Part shown: positions 44,132 through 54,645 of the stretch, one piece after another | Position numbering within the stretch: the first letter of the stretch is position 1 | Layout of the letters: each line of letters opens with the position of its first letter | NCBI GenBank assembly: GCA_963665115.1 | Contig: OY762007.1 | Coordinates: 2,880,001-2,944,000, forward strand | Direction of reading: 5' to 3' | DNA from: an uncultured Rivularia sp. | GTDB taxonomy: Bacteria > Cyanobacteriota > Cyanobacteriia > Cyanobacteriales > Nostocaceae | DNA: 64,000 bases | Notes under the pieces: model-generated | Databases searched by the model: none | The model's input: the letters and a program-made list of their open reading frames with translations, nothing else | Told to the model about the DNA's origin: nothing | Made by a program: the position numbers and the translations under genes

Positions 44132-45393
44132 ATGAATTCTTTAATCCTGAGTACCTTTGATATTAGTGGCGGAGCAGCGAAAGCAGCATTTCGGTTGCAT
44201 AATGGACTGAAGGATATAAATATAAATTCGCGAATGCTAGTTGAATATAAAACTAGTAGCGATGATACCGTTATTACAAATACGAATAAATTAGAAAAGT
44301 TTCTCAATCAAATGCGACCTACTTTGGATAATTTACCATTAAAATTTTATCCAAAACACGATTATGGAACTTTCTCTCCACAATGGTTTCCAGATTTAAT
44401 TAATTCTAAAATAAAGCATCTGTCTCCAGATATAATTCCAGATATAATTAATATCCACTGGGCTTGTGGCTATCTTAAAATTGAAAGTATTGCCAAATTT
44501 AAACAACCACTAATTTGGACTTTGCACGATATGTGGGCATTTACCGGAGGTTGTCATTATAGTTTAGAGTGCGATCGCTACACTAAAACTTGCGGAAGTT
44601 GCATTCAACTTGATTCCCAAAAAGAGCATGATTTATCGCACTGGGTATGGAAGCGTAAAGCTAAAGCATGGCAAAATCTCGATTTAACAATTGTCACTCC
44701 CAGTCATTGGCTAGCCAAAGCTGCACGACAAAGTTCTCTATTCAAAGATTATCCCATCAAAGTAATTCCGAATGGCATTGATATTCAAAAATATAAACCA
44801 ATTGACAAAAAAACTGCGAGAGAATGGCTGAATCTTCCTGTAGATAAACAGTTAATTTTATGCGGTGCTGCGAAAAGTAGTTATAGAAGAAAAGGAATTC
44901 GTTTACTTGAAAAATCCCTAAAATTTTTAAGCAAAATGGGTTACAAAAACAAGGTAGAATTAGTTGTTTTTGGTTCCTTACAACCCAGCGAACTCGATAA
45001 CACCGATTTCAAATGTCATTATATGGGTAATCTTCATGATGATATATCTTTGGCACTAATTTATGCCGCAGCAGATGTTTTCGTTGCTGCTTCAATTCAA
45101 GATAATTTGCCCAACACCGTAATGGAAGCTTTAGCTTGCGGTATACTCCATGCGTTGCTTTCAATATTGGCGGAATGCCCGATATGATTGAACATCAAGC
45201 CAACGGTTATTTAGCTCAAGCTTTTGAAGTAGAAAGTTTAGCTAAAGGTATTGCCTGGATATTCTCAAATAATTATCCGCAAAAAATTCGCGCTCGCGCT
45301 CGTGAAAAAATAGAACAAGAATTTACACTAGAATTACAAGCAAGACGTTACTCTCAGCTTTTTAAGGAAATAATTAATCAAAAAGGTTTGTAG
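44132..45393 (+). CDS. Family 4 glycosyltransferase (WcaC-like); frameshift near 45143
   Basis: GGAAKAA, WTLHDMW-FTGGCH, DNLPNTVMEALACG; continues as TPCVAF in another frame. Confidence 0.88.
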
Positions 45394-45449
45394 TATTAAT
45401 TTTTCCCATTACCAATTACCCATTCCCAATTCCCAATTACTTATATATA

Positions 45450-46565
45450 TTGTGGGAGCATCAAGTGAATACTAACGCAAAAATTCAACAGCCACAAACT
45501 AACTACTTTTTTTATACACTAATCTTTTATACAGTACTAATCCTATATCTATTTCCTTACAATGTAGAACTTCCCCACGCTAAAATATTTTTGCCTTTAC
45601 TGGCTATAGTTCTATTAGTACAACTTTTTTTCTATAAAACTCAATTATTAATTATAGATATTTTGCTCGTATGCTCAATTTTGATTGTTACCTTTATTAA
45701 TTTTTCAACATACCATTTATTTAGATATAGTTTACCAATCTGCTTAATGCTTATTGGTTTCAGCGGTTGTCCGCAAATACGCATCAAACGTAGCTACTTA
45801 ATCGGATTATGCTGGCTAGCAACCGTAACTTTAATCTATCAAATGGCAATATATCGAAGAGTAGAGTTTGATGGCAGCGCCAGAGTTTCTTTAAGTAATG
45901 GAGATCCGAACGTATCTGGTTTATTTATGTTATTATTCTTTTTCCTTTCTTGCAAAGCTAAATTTAAACCAGGTATTATTTTAGCTTTAGTCTCTACTGT
46001 ATTTTTCTTGAGCAGAAATTATTTTCTTAGCCTGCTAATTTATTTACTAATTATTTTCTGTGAAAAGAAATTTATCAGAATAGCAAGTCAAATAAATTTT
46101 ACTTTTTTCTTTATATTCTCAAACATTTTTGGATTTTTAATAGGAGAATATTTTTTAAATTTTGTTGAAGTAGGTTACGCATACGATACAAGTGCAAACC
46201 GCTTATTCTCTTTTAACGATACGTCAAATTTAGCTAGATTTGAAGCTAACAATTTTTTAATTACATCCTATCAAAATGATTGGACTTTAGCATTGAAAGG
46301 TTATGCAGGTAAATACGATGAAGTATTTAAAAACGTTGGTTCCTTAATTCATAATTCATTCTTAGAGGTAATTGCCTACATCGGCATTCCTCTAGGAATT
46401 CTTTACTTTTGTGCAATTTTAAAAACAATAGGTGGGTACTATACTCCACAAAATTATAAGTTTATCTTTCCCTATTTATTCTTTTGTTTATTCTTACATA
46501 GCGGACTTCAAGGGCTTGCTCCTTTACTTTTCGTCAGTATTTTAGCAATGTCAGTTGAACAGTGA
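45450..46565 (+). CDS. Putative Wzy/O-antigen ligase-like membrane protein
   Basis: Multi-TM; DPN, SR and HNSFLE motifs; EPS locus context. Confidence 0.7.
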   Translation: MWEHQVNTNAKIQQPQTNYFFYTLIFYTVLILYLFPYNVELPHAKIFLPLLAIVLLVQLFFYKTQLLIIDILLVCSILIVTFINFSTYHLFRYSLPICLMLIGFSGCPQIRIKRSYLIGLCWLATVTLIYQMAIYRRVEFDGSARVSLSNGDPNVSGLFMLLFFFLSCKAKFKPGIILALVSTVFFLSRNYFLSLLIYLLIIFCEKKFIRIASQINFTFFFIFSNIFGFLIGEYFLNFVEVGYAYDTSANRLFSFNDTSNLARFEANNFLITSYQNDWTLALKGYAGKYDEVFKNVGSLIHNSFLEVIAYIGIPLGILYFCAILKTIGGYYTPQNYKFIFPYLFFCLFLHSGLQGLAPLLFVSILAMSVEQ

Positions 46566-46657
46566 GCAGTGAACAGTTATCAGTTACCAGTGAACAGTTA
46601 CCAATCAACTCCTAATTCCTAACTCCTAATTCCTAACTCTTAACTATATCAAAAAGG

Positions 46658-47539
46658 ATGCAGCCTAAAATATCAGTTGTCACACCAAGCTTTAATTCCG
46701 AAAAAACTATTGAAAAAACTATTTTGAGCGTTATCAATCAACAGAGAATATATCCTTTAGAGTATATCGTAGTTGATGGAGGTTCTACAGATAATACTCG
46801 TGAAATAATTCAAAAATATGCAAAAAATATAGATAAACTTAAATTGAAAGTCAAACTTAAACTTAAATATATATCCGAACCAGATTCCGGTGCTTACGAT
46901 GCAATGAACAAAGGAATTAATCTTGCTACCGGAGAGATTATCGGTATTATTAATTCCGATGATTGGTACCTTGAAAATACAATCAAAACAGTAGAAGAAG
47001 AATTTGATCGGCATCCAGATATAGATATATTATATTCGCCCATCGAGAACTACTATCAAGGTAAATATATCGCTACCTTTATTCCGGGAGAATTGGAAAA
47101 ACTATCGATTCGCTTTACTTTAAATCACCCATCTTGCTTTATTAAAAAATCGGCTTACATTGCAGGGGGTTTGTATGACTTAAAATATAAAATCGCCGCC
47201 GACTACGATCTGATTTTACGCTTATTTAATAATGGATTTAAATTTCATTCTATCAAAACTCCCTTAGCAGCCTATTCTCTCAATGGAATGAGTTCGTCAC
47301 CCTTACCTTGGGATAGAGCAAAATTGATCGAAGAATGTTGGAAAATAAGTAATAAGGCATCTAATAATTTTCCACAAGTATCGGAGAAAGAACGGACAAA
47401 AGCCTACATAGCATGGATTATAAACGAAGTATTTGCATTACCAGCAAGATATTTTTTCAAACCACCTACCGCACGCAAAATAAAAAGTATTATTCAACTG
47501 TTTACAAAAAAATCTGCATCTGGATATGGAAAATGGTAA
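46658..47539 (+). CDS. Family 2 glycosyltransferase
   Basis: VTPSFN, DGGSTD, DAMNKG, NSDD. Confidence 0.92.
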   Translation: MQPKISVVTPSFNSEKTIEKTILSVINQQRIYPLEYIVVDGGSTDNTREIIQKYAKNIDKLKLKVKLKLKYISEPDSGAYDAMNKGINLATGEIIGIINSDDWYLENTIKTVEEEFDRHPDIDILYSPIENYYQGKYIATFIPGELEKLSIRFTLNHPSCFIKKSAYIAGGLYDLKYKIAADYDLILRLFNNGFKFHSIKTPLAAYSLNGMSSSPLPWDRAKLIEECWKISNKASNNFPQVSEKERTKAYIAWIINEVFALPARYFFKPPTARKIKSIIQLFTKKSASGYGKW

Positions 47540-47545
47540 AGTATT

Positions 47546-48652
47546 ATGTCAAAAATATTATTTATTTGTGCCCATGCTCCTACTAATTTATATCCTCAAG
47601 CAGGGCAAAAGATAGCTTTAACTAATTTGAATAAATATCATCTTGATAATACAACTGTTGATATCGTTGTTATAGCGAATAAAGCAGAAATAAATGCTGC
47701 TATAGATTTAGTGGGTAAATATAAAAATAACCTTTTTGCCTATCCTCTTGAAAAGTCAGATAAAATAATTAGCTGTTTAACTAACTTATCTATTCCTTTT
47801 AAATTTTCTACCCGTTATCAAAAACCTGTAGTTCAAAAATTGCAGGAATTATTAGCAAAAAATACTTATAATGCGATTCATTTTGAATATTCTCATGCTG
47901 CGGTTTACTTAGATTTAATCAGTGATTTAATCAAAAATAAAATTAAATCTAAAAATACTTGCACCATTATCAGCATACATGATGTCGTCTCTCAATCTTT
48001 TTTACGAAAATCTCAAAACAATATTATATTGGGTATCGAAGTAGCCAGATTATTTAAATTTGAAAAAAAGCTTTATTCCGAAGTAGATGAATTATGGGTT
48101 TTATCAACAAAAGACCGCAATATTCTTACTTCTTTATTTACCATACCAGAAAATAAAATTCTTATCAAACCTCCCCAATTGAGTCACTTTATATATAAAA
48201 TCGAACGTAATGTAGAGAACATTGAGAAAAAAAGTTTGTTATTTTGGGCTGCAATGAATCGACCTGAAAACGAGAAAGCAGCTATAATTTTTATTCAAAA
48301 ATGCTTTACAAACCTGCTTAAAATAGACCCCGAATACAAATTATATATTGTCGGTTCCAACCCTTCCCCAAAAATCAGAAAATTTGCCAGCGAGAATATT
48401 ATCATAACTGGATTTATAGAAAACCCCACGAAATTTTTTGAAAAAGCTCAAATAGGCATAGTACCTTTACTTCAAGGTGCGGGAATCAAACTAAAGACAT
48501 TAGAAATGCTTCAAGCAGGTTTGCCAGTTATTTCAACCAGTATCGGTGCTGAAGGGATAGAAACATCAACAAATATATTTATTAACGATAACTTTGATGA
48601 CTGGGTAAATATTATTATAAACGAGAGCGTGCGGAAAATTAACCATCGATAA
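47546..48652 (+). CDS. Family 4 glycosyltransferase
   Basis: GAGIKLKTLE...PVIST-IGAEG. Confidence 0.88.
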   Translation: MSKILFICAHAPTNLYPQAGQKIALTNLNKYHLDNTTVDIVVIANKAEINAAIDLVGKYKNNLFAYPLEKSDKIISCLTNLSIPFKFSTRYQKPVVQKLQELLAKNTYNAIHFEYSHAAVYLDLISDLIKNKIKSKNTCTIISIHDVVSQSFLRKSQNNIILGIEVARLFKFEKKLYSEVDELWVLSTKDRNILTSLFTIPENKILIKPPQLSHFIYKIERNVENIEKKSLLFWAAMNRPENEKAAIIFIQKCFTNLLKIDPEYKLYIVGSNPSPKIRKFASENIIITGFIENPTKFFEKAQIGIVPLLQGAGIKLKTLEMLQAGLPVISTSIGAEGIETSTNIFINDNFDDWVNIIINESVRKINHR

Positions 48653-48836
48653 ATTATCGCGTTAGTGGGAATTAGCCTCGTATTCATGCACCATCAAAAC
48701 CGCCATAAACCATACAATATGACTCGAAACTAATTGAAATTTAATTGGCGATCGCCCGACATCGGATTTTCTTTGTTGCACTTTTAAGTTAAAATTAATA
48801 ATTCGGTTTGGTTTAGCGCAATATTTCTGCCTAAGT

Positions 48837-49316
48837 ATGGTTCGTTATACTCTCGTTCAAAGTCCAGAAATCATCCTTACTGTTCCCGGCAAAGATTCCG
48901 ATAAAGCTCGTGAAAAAGCAATGGATAAGCTGATGGAAATTATGGAAGCGGGTGATTTACCTTCCGAACTCGAAGAAGGATTTGGTCCTCAACAATTGAT
49001 TGAAGTGAAAGAACCGTCAATGGATAGTGCTAGCGGTGAAGATACGATTATAGAAGCAGTTCAGCTTTTGAGTAATCTTGCAACTCTAAAGCTGAAAGTT
49101 CAAGACACGCGCGCCGAAGCTTTAGAAGTTCGTAAGTTAGTTGACATCCTTTTTTCAGATCAATCCGTCAGCGAGGAAGAAATTTCCAGCCTCAAAGAAG
49201 GTTTTAAAGCTCTGAAAAACTTTGCTCAAGCTAATTTACGCTATAAAGATGCGCGAGAGAAAGCCGAACAAGCTCGTCAAGTACTCGATCAAGCTTTGAA
49301 GTCTCCAGATAATTAG
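48837..49316 (+). CDS. Conserved cyanobacterial hypothetical protein
   Basis: 159-aa helical ORF. Confidence 0.7.
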   Translation: MVRYTLVQSPEIILTVPGKDSDKAREKAMDKLMEIMEAGDLPSELEEGFGPQQLIEVKEPSMDSASGEDTIIEAVQLLSNLATLKLKVQDTRAEALEVRKLVDILFSDQSVSEEEISSLKEGFKALKNFAQANLRYKDAREKAEQARQVLDQALKSPDN

Positions 49317-49470
49317 CTTGCTTCGATCAAAAAATTAGGAGTCAGGAATTAATATCCCAACTCCTAACTCTTTAAAGGTTAAAGGTTAAAGGTTAAAGTT
49401 CAAAAGTTTAACACTCCTAACTATTAACTTCTAACCCTAACTCCTAACTCCTAATTCCTAATTCCTAACC

Positions 49471-51675
49471 TCATACCTTAACTTTATTTGCCGAAGATTT
49501 TCCAGCCTCGGTTGCATCATCTGCATCAATTCTTTCTCTACTCACCTTGTAGTACTGTTGATAATTACTTTGAGAAGTAGGTGTGGACTCTTTAGATTTA
49601 TTCGCTACCAAACCTAAAATAGGAGTACCGCTAACTTGAAGTTCCTCTAACGCCTGTGCGAATGCAGTGCGTTTCAATTTACCTAAACCAGCTACCAACA
49701 TAACGCCATTAGTATTTGCTGCCAATAAGTTAGCATCAGCGAAACCAACTATAGGCGTAGTGTCATAAATTACTAAATCAAAGCTGCTATGTAGTTCGTT
49801 CATTAAGTCCTGCATTTTCACAGACGCTAACAATCTAGTAGAGTCTGGTGGAACCGGGCCAGCAGCCATTACATACAGATTATCTTCAAGGGGGGAGCGT
49901 TCAATCACATTGCTCCACTCCAATTCAGAAGAAATAATATCCGTTAAACCCTGGATATTCATCAATCCTACACGGTTGTGTATAGTAGGACAGCGGAGAT
50001 TTGCATCCACTAATAAGACTCTTTGTCCCATCGCTGCTGCGGCCAAAGCTAACTGTATAGCAACAGTAGTTTTACCGTCTTCTGGTGTTGCCGAACTAAC
50101 TACAAGCGAACGAATCGGTGTATCCGAACCCAGAAGAAGAATATTGGTGTAAAGAGAGCGAAAAACTTCAAAAAAGGCGGCGCGTGCTGTTTGATGAACT
50201 CCACTAGCTGCTCCATCTTGCTTGCTACTAGCTGCAAGTTCTTTGCTGAAAGGAACTACCCCCAATAACGGTAATCTAGTAGTTTCTTTCAAATCTTTAG
50301 AAGTGTAGAAAACATTGCTCAACTTGTCTACAATTAAAGCAGCACCCACACCCAATAACAAGCCTAAAGCTCCACCCAAAGCTAAGTTTTTTCTAGCACT
50401 TTGTGACATAGCTTCAGGATTTTCAACTTTAGTAAGTTGAGGATCTAGTAACTTCCAAGGCTGCTGTTTTTGAGACTTTTCAATTTCCAGGGCTTGCTGC
50501 TTGGTTAAAAACTGGTTTAGCCCTGTGGTAGCAATCTGTAACTCCCGCTGAATATTTTCGTAATCGCGGGTAACTGTTGCCAAATTTCTCAGTTCTGCAT
50601 TGAGCTTATCTACCTTGTCACCTAAAGATAGATCGCGAGCATATAACGTTTGGATGCGACTTTGAAATTCTTGTTGAACTCGCTGTTCTTCTGCATTCAG
50701 CATTGGAATCAAATTCGCTTTCCTTTGCCGTAAAGTCTGCATAGTTGGATTGATATCCGTAAATTTAGCAGACTCCGTTTTGACCTCAATCTCAACTTTC
50801 TGGATTTCGTCTAAGATTTTTTGGTAGCGAGGATTTTCACTCAGTATCGAATTACCTGCCCTCTCCGCTGGCTGCTGCGCTAATTCCTTTTGTAACTCCT
50901 TATACTGAGCCATCATTTGTTCGTACTCTACCCGGTTGCTTAATCGCTGTTGCGTCAAAGTAGCAATTTGACCGGACACTTCAGTTGCTTTCTGTGCGGG
51001 TTCAATCAGGTTGTTCACGCTTCGCAGCATTCGCAATTTATTTTGCAAGTCTTTAACCCGCTGTCTTAAGCCACCTTTAGTGATTCGTCCTTGAACAAAT
51101 TTAATAGCCTGATTAATGTCTTCCTGTCGTTCCTTTAAGCTGTACTCTAAATAAGATTGAGCAACTTCGTTTAAAACATCACTCACTAGTTGCTTGTCTG
51201 CGGCTACATATCCTACCGTTAAAATATTTTTCTGACTGGAGGCAATAATTAAACCCTTAACAAATGATTCGTATTCCAGATTTGGATACTTCGTCTGAAG
51301 CTTTTCTACAACTGAATCAAGTACTCGCGGGCTTTTTAAAACTTTAATTGTTGTTGCAATATCTTTTTCCGACTCCGGAAGTGCGATCGCATCCTTAGAA
51401 CCCAAGGTTTGAGGTACGTTTGATATAGCTTTACTTTCCCCAGTCACGGGTTCAGTTAAAATCTCAAACTGACCCTGATATATCGGAGGATCGGTTTCTG
51501 CTTTCAACACCGCAGCGGTTGCTACTACCCCGGTACAACCAACAATTAATAATGCACGCCGTCGCAGAGCCGCTCCAACTTGCCCTAAATTCAATCCACC
51601 TTCTTCAGCTTCATTCAAGGGGCTACCTGCTTGAGAAAAGAGGTAAGAATTTTTATCTGACTTCAACATAGTCAT
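49471..51675 (-). CDS. Second Wzc/GumC co-polymerase tyrosine kinase
   Basis: EDGKTT, VDANLR, Tyr-rich tail (NYQQYY). Confidence 0.9.
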   Translation of the reverse strand: MTMLKSDKNSYLFSQAGSPLNEAEEGGLNLGQVGAALRRRALLIVGCTGVVATAAVLKAETDPPIYQGQFEILTEPVTGESKAISNVPQTLGSKDAIALPESEKDIATTIKVLKSPRVLDSVVEKLQTKYPNLEYESFVKGLIIASSQKNILTVGYVAADKQLVSDVLNEVAQSYLEYSLKERQEDINQAIKFVQGRITKGGLRQRVKDLQNKLRMLRSVNNLIEPAQKATEVSGQIATLTQQRLSNRVEYEQMMAQYKELQKELAQQPAERAGNSILSENPRYQKILDEIQKVEIEVKTESAKFTDINPTMQTLRQRKANLIPMLNAEEQRVQQEFQSRIQTLYARDLSLGDKVDKLNAELRNLATVTRDYENIQRELQIATTGLNQFLTKQQALEIEKSQKQQPWKLLDPQLTKVENPEAMSQSARKNLALGGALGLLLGVGAALIVDKLSNVFYTSKDLKETTRLPLLGVVPFSKELAASSKQDGAASGVHQTARAAFFEVFRSLYTNILLLGSDTPIRSLVVSSATPEDGKTTVAIQLALAAAAMGQRVLLVDANLRCPTIHNRVGLMNIQGLTDIISSELEWSNVIERSPLEDNLYVMAAGPVPPDSTRLLASVKMQDLMNELHSSFDLVIYDTTPIVGFADANLLAANTNGVMLVAGLGKLKRTAFAQALEELQVSGTPILGLVANKSKESTPTSQSNYQQYYKVSRERIDADDATEAGKSSANKVKV

Positions 51676-52587
51676 AGTAAATTAAAATTACTTAATATAG
51701 ATAGACGTAATTTGTAGCTTTCATTACCTAAAGACACCATCGCTAGACGGTTTACTTTAATGTTTTGACAACAGCGATGCACCCTATATTTCTCAAGAAG
51801 TTAACAAAATACGACCGACTGTCTCCAAGCTATCCCTATTGGTTTGTTAACAACCTACCCGACAGATATACCACCCTGTTGAAGTATTGAAGATACCAGT
51901 CTACGGCTCGCGATGCACTATGAGTCCAGTAGCATTACTTAGTCGATGCTTGTCGATTCATTTACAAGTGTAATAAATTATAATTAAAATTTCACTACTA
52001 TTTCTATAAAATACACAAATTCAGTTTCCAATACAGTGCTTGCATCCCAAAGTTTAGACCCCATCCGATAGCCAGTAAGATAATTTATCTTTATAATTAA
52101 CTTAGTGTATTATTACTCTATTAACTTTGTTTTTTCCGGACAAAACTTATTGTTAATAATTTTACCTATTTTTATTTTCTCTCAACATTCAAACATCGAA
52201 TTTTACTCTGTGAAATAATTAGTAATTGATAAATGCAAATTATGTAGGCAAGTATTAAGTGCGATTCAGTATAAGGTAGTAACAATTATTGCCCACACTC
52301 TTTTCTGTCACAACGTGGCGCTTTACATATAATACAAAGATTATTTAAAGAATATATGTTTAACATCCAATTAAATTGAAGCTAGTGCAAACTAACGTAT
52401 AGTTTTTTGATAGAAAATAGCTAAGTTCACAACAATAAAATTTTATATATCAACTTGCAGGCTCAGAAATCAACTTACAGTATTTAAAACCAATTAATCT
52501 GCTATCAAATAATATAAACAAATAAAAAACCTTCCTACTATTAGAAAGGCTATATATCGCAAAAAATATTTTTTCAATCTTAATAAA

Positions 52588-52659
52588 CTGGGGTGCTAGG
52601 ATTCGAACCTAGGAATGGCGAGACCAAAACCCGCTGCCTTACCACTTGGCGACACCCCA
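52588..52659 (-). tRNA. trnQ: tRNA-Gln(UUG)
   Basis: TGGGGTG acceptor stem, GCCAAGTGGTAAGGC D-arm, TTTTGGT anticodon loop, GGTTCGAATCC T-arm. Confidence 0.97.
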
Positions 52660-52986
52660 TTAACTTTACTCTAGTAACTATAACAATAGGGTCGGGCAGT
52701 GTCAAGTAGTTTCATGTTGATTTTCTAAAAAAAGCATCGTTAACCGCTACTAGGGAGCGAGACACTCCCACTACCATTGTTTGACCTAGCTTTGATTAAT
52801 TTAGTGAAGTACCACTCACGAAATACTACCAAAATAGTAAGTATACGGCGATTGCAGGCTTTATTTCTTGAATACCAATTAATGTTGTTATTATGTTGGG
52901 GTTACTTTTACTAATTTCGATCTCAAAACAAACTCACAACTATCGTTTGTGCAAAGAACAGCAAGTTTATTTTTCTCAATTATCTT

Positions 52987-53307
52987 ATGTCATTTAGCAG
53001 GTCAGGCATCAACCTTAGCGTGTTTTTTTTGTCTCTAAAAGATTTTATTTTAGACAGATTCAAGCTGCAAAAGCATAAAACCCATGATTTTACTGAGTGT
53101 GTACCTGGAACAGACTACGTATTTGAAGTTGCAGAAAATCTTACAACAGCTTACATGACAGCGCGGGGTAAAGGTGTCAAAGCTGACGACTATATAGTTT
53201 TACAAATCGGCTCGGAATCTTATCGATATCAAGTAGAACAAATTGACTATTACTCGAACCCACCTGATATGTGGATGGCTTTAATCAAAAAAGTCACGAA
53301 CGATTAA
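52987..53307 (+). CDS. Small hypothetical protein
   Basis: 106-aa ORF, beta-rich. Confidence 0.65.
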   Translation: MSFSRSGINLSVFFLSLKDFILDRFKLQKHKTHDFTECVPGTDYVFEVAENLTTAYMTARGKGVKADDYIVLQIGSESYRYQVEQIDYYSNPPDMWMALIKKVTND

Positions 53308-53902
53308 CAAGTAGTTAACAATAACGCATCTTTATTTTATAACTATATACATATCGCCAAAGAAATATTCGTATATCAAACTAATTAATACTTTTTCTAT
53401 TACTATCTACTAAGAATACTAAGCTTCTATACAATTACACATTTCAATTTTACATTAACTTTATATATATGTTAACTTCATAAATTATCCGGAATTAGTT
53501 ACCCATACTTACGTATATCTTTTAAGATTATACTTAATTGCCTACAGAGCTATACAGGGCTACCTAAAGCAAACATCTACCGCTACATACAGCAAGTTGC
53601 ACTCTTGTAACCGATGCCTTTTTGACTTAAATTCTCGGATCGGGGAAAATAATTTGGGTCAAATCTGTTAACGTGCCATGTTCTTTTTACTTATTCGTGC
53701 TTCAGCTAATACCTGATAGCTTGATAATGAGTACAAGTATCTACCAATAGTTATTTGGGTAACAACAAATATCAGGACATCTAAAACGATAAACTGTCTT
53801 GTAAGCTACTTGATATATCAAGTGATATCACTTATGTTAAAAAAAGTTTGATACAGGTTGCAGAGGAAAAATCAACAGATTAGAAAAAGGAAGTGTCCTA
53901 CA

Positions 53903-54205
53903 ATGATAACTTCAACAACAGATTCCATGATTTCGGAAAAATCTATAATAGTATCTGTGAAAAATCAAATTTCTTCCGATCTTGGTGGTGAAGCGGTGAT
54001 TTTAAACATGAACACCGGAACTTACCACGGTTTGAATGAAGTGGGTGCTTTTGTATGGAACTTGATTGATCAACCGCAAGTCGTAAAAGATATTCAACAA
54101 AAGCTTTTACAAGAGTACGAAATTGAAGCTTTAATTTGTACTAAAGATTTGTTTGCACTGCTTAACGATTTGCACGGTGAAGGGTTAATTGAAGTTAAGA
54201 ATTAA
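53903..54205 (+). CDS. PqqD-family RiPP recognition element (lasso B1), copy 1
   Basis: QISSDLGGEAVILN...YHGLNEVGAFVWNLI; RBS-like AAAGGAAG before the ATG at 53903. Confidence 0.92.
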   Translation: MITSTTDSMISEKSIIVSVKNQISSDLGGEAVILNMNTGTYHGLNEVGAFVWNLIDQPQVVKDIQQKLLQEYEIEALICTKDLFALLNDLHGEGLIEVKN

Positions 54206-54645
54206 ACGCCTGTGTAATTGTTTTAAATTTCTAGGTGTAATAGGTGCTTTCGATTAACTTCCGTATTTTACTTTCAGTTATCAGATTAGATTAGAACTGT
54301 GGTTTCTACCGTTTCGAGTTTTATTAAAAAAAGTTAGTTTACTCAAACTGTATTTAGGTCACGTATATTAAACCAAATTTCTGTCAGTAAAGTTATTTCG
54401 GCTGTAAATATAGCTACTTGCTATACACTTAGGCAATCAAAGTATTTCACACTATCGCGTTTACTACTAAGGTGTTGATGAGTCGTTGTGCTTGTCTTCT
54501 TGAACTTACAGGTATTATTTTCTGAGTAAGTAAAACTTTCTGGCTCATGCTGGGATTAAATACAAGAAAAGGGTTGTAATTAATTCCGTAAGTAAACCTT
54601 TAACGATTTATCTCACTACCATCTCTCGAAGGAATCAGATTATGA
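54195..54645 (+). pseudogene. Decayed lasso leader peptidase (B2)
   Basis: Fragments IRLELWFLPFRVLLK, SKVISAVNIATCY, AFTTKVLMS, AHAGIKY and ISLPSLEGIRL match the intact B2 at 60919; same ATGA overlap with the cyclase. Confidence 0.85.

Noticed and set aside
52588..52659. Prophage or integrative element at tRNA-Gln
   Set aside because: No integrase and no duplicated tRNA 3' end visible in the window.
53903..54205. PQQ biosynthesis
   Set aside because: No pqqA/B/C/E; the PqqD-like proteins are RiPP recognition elements.
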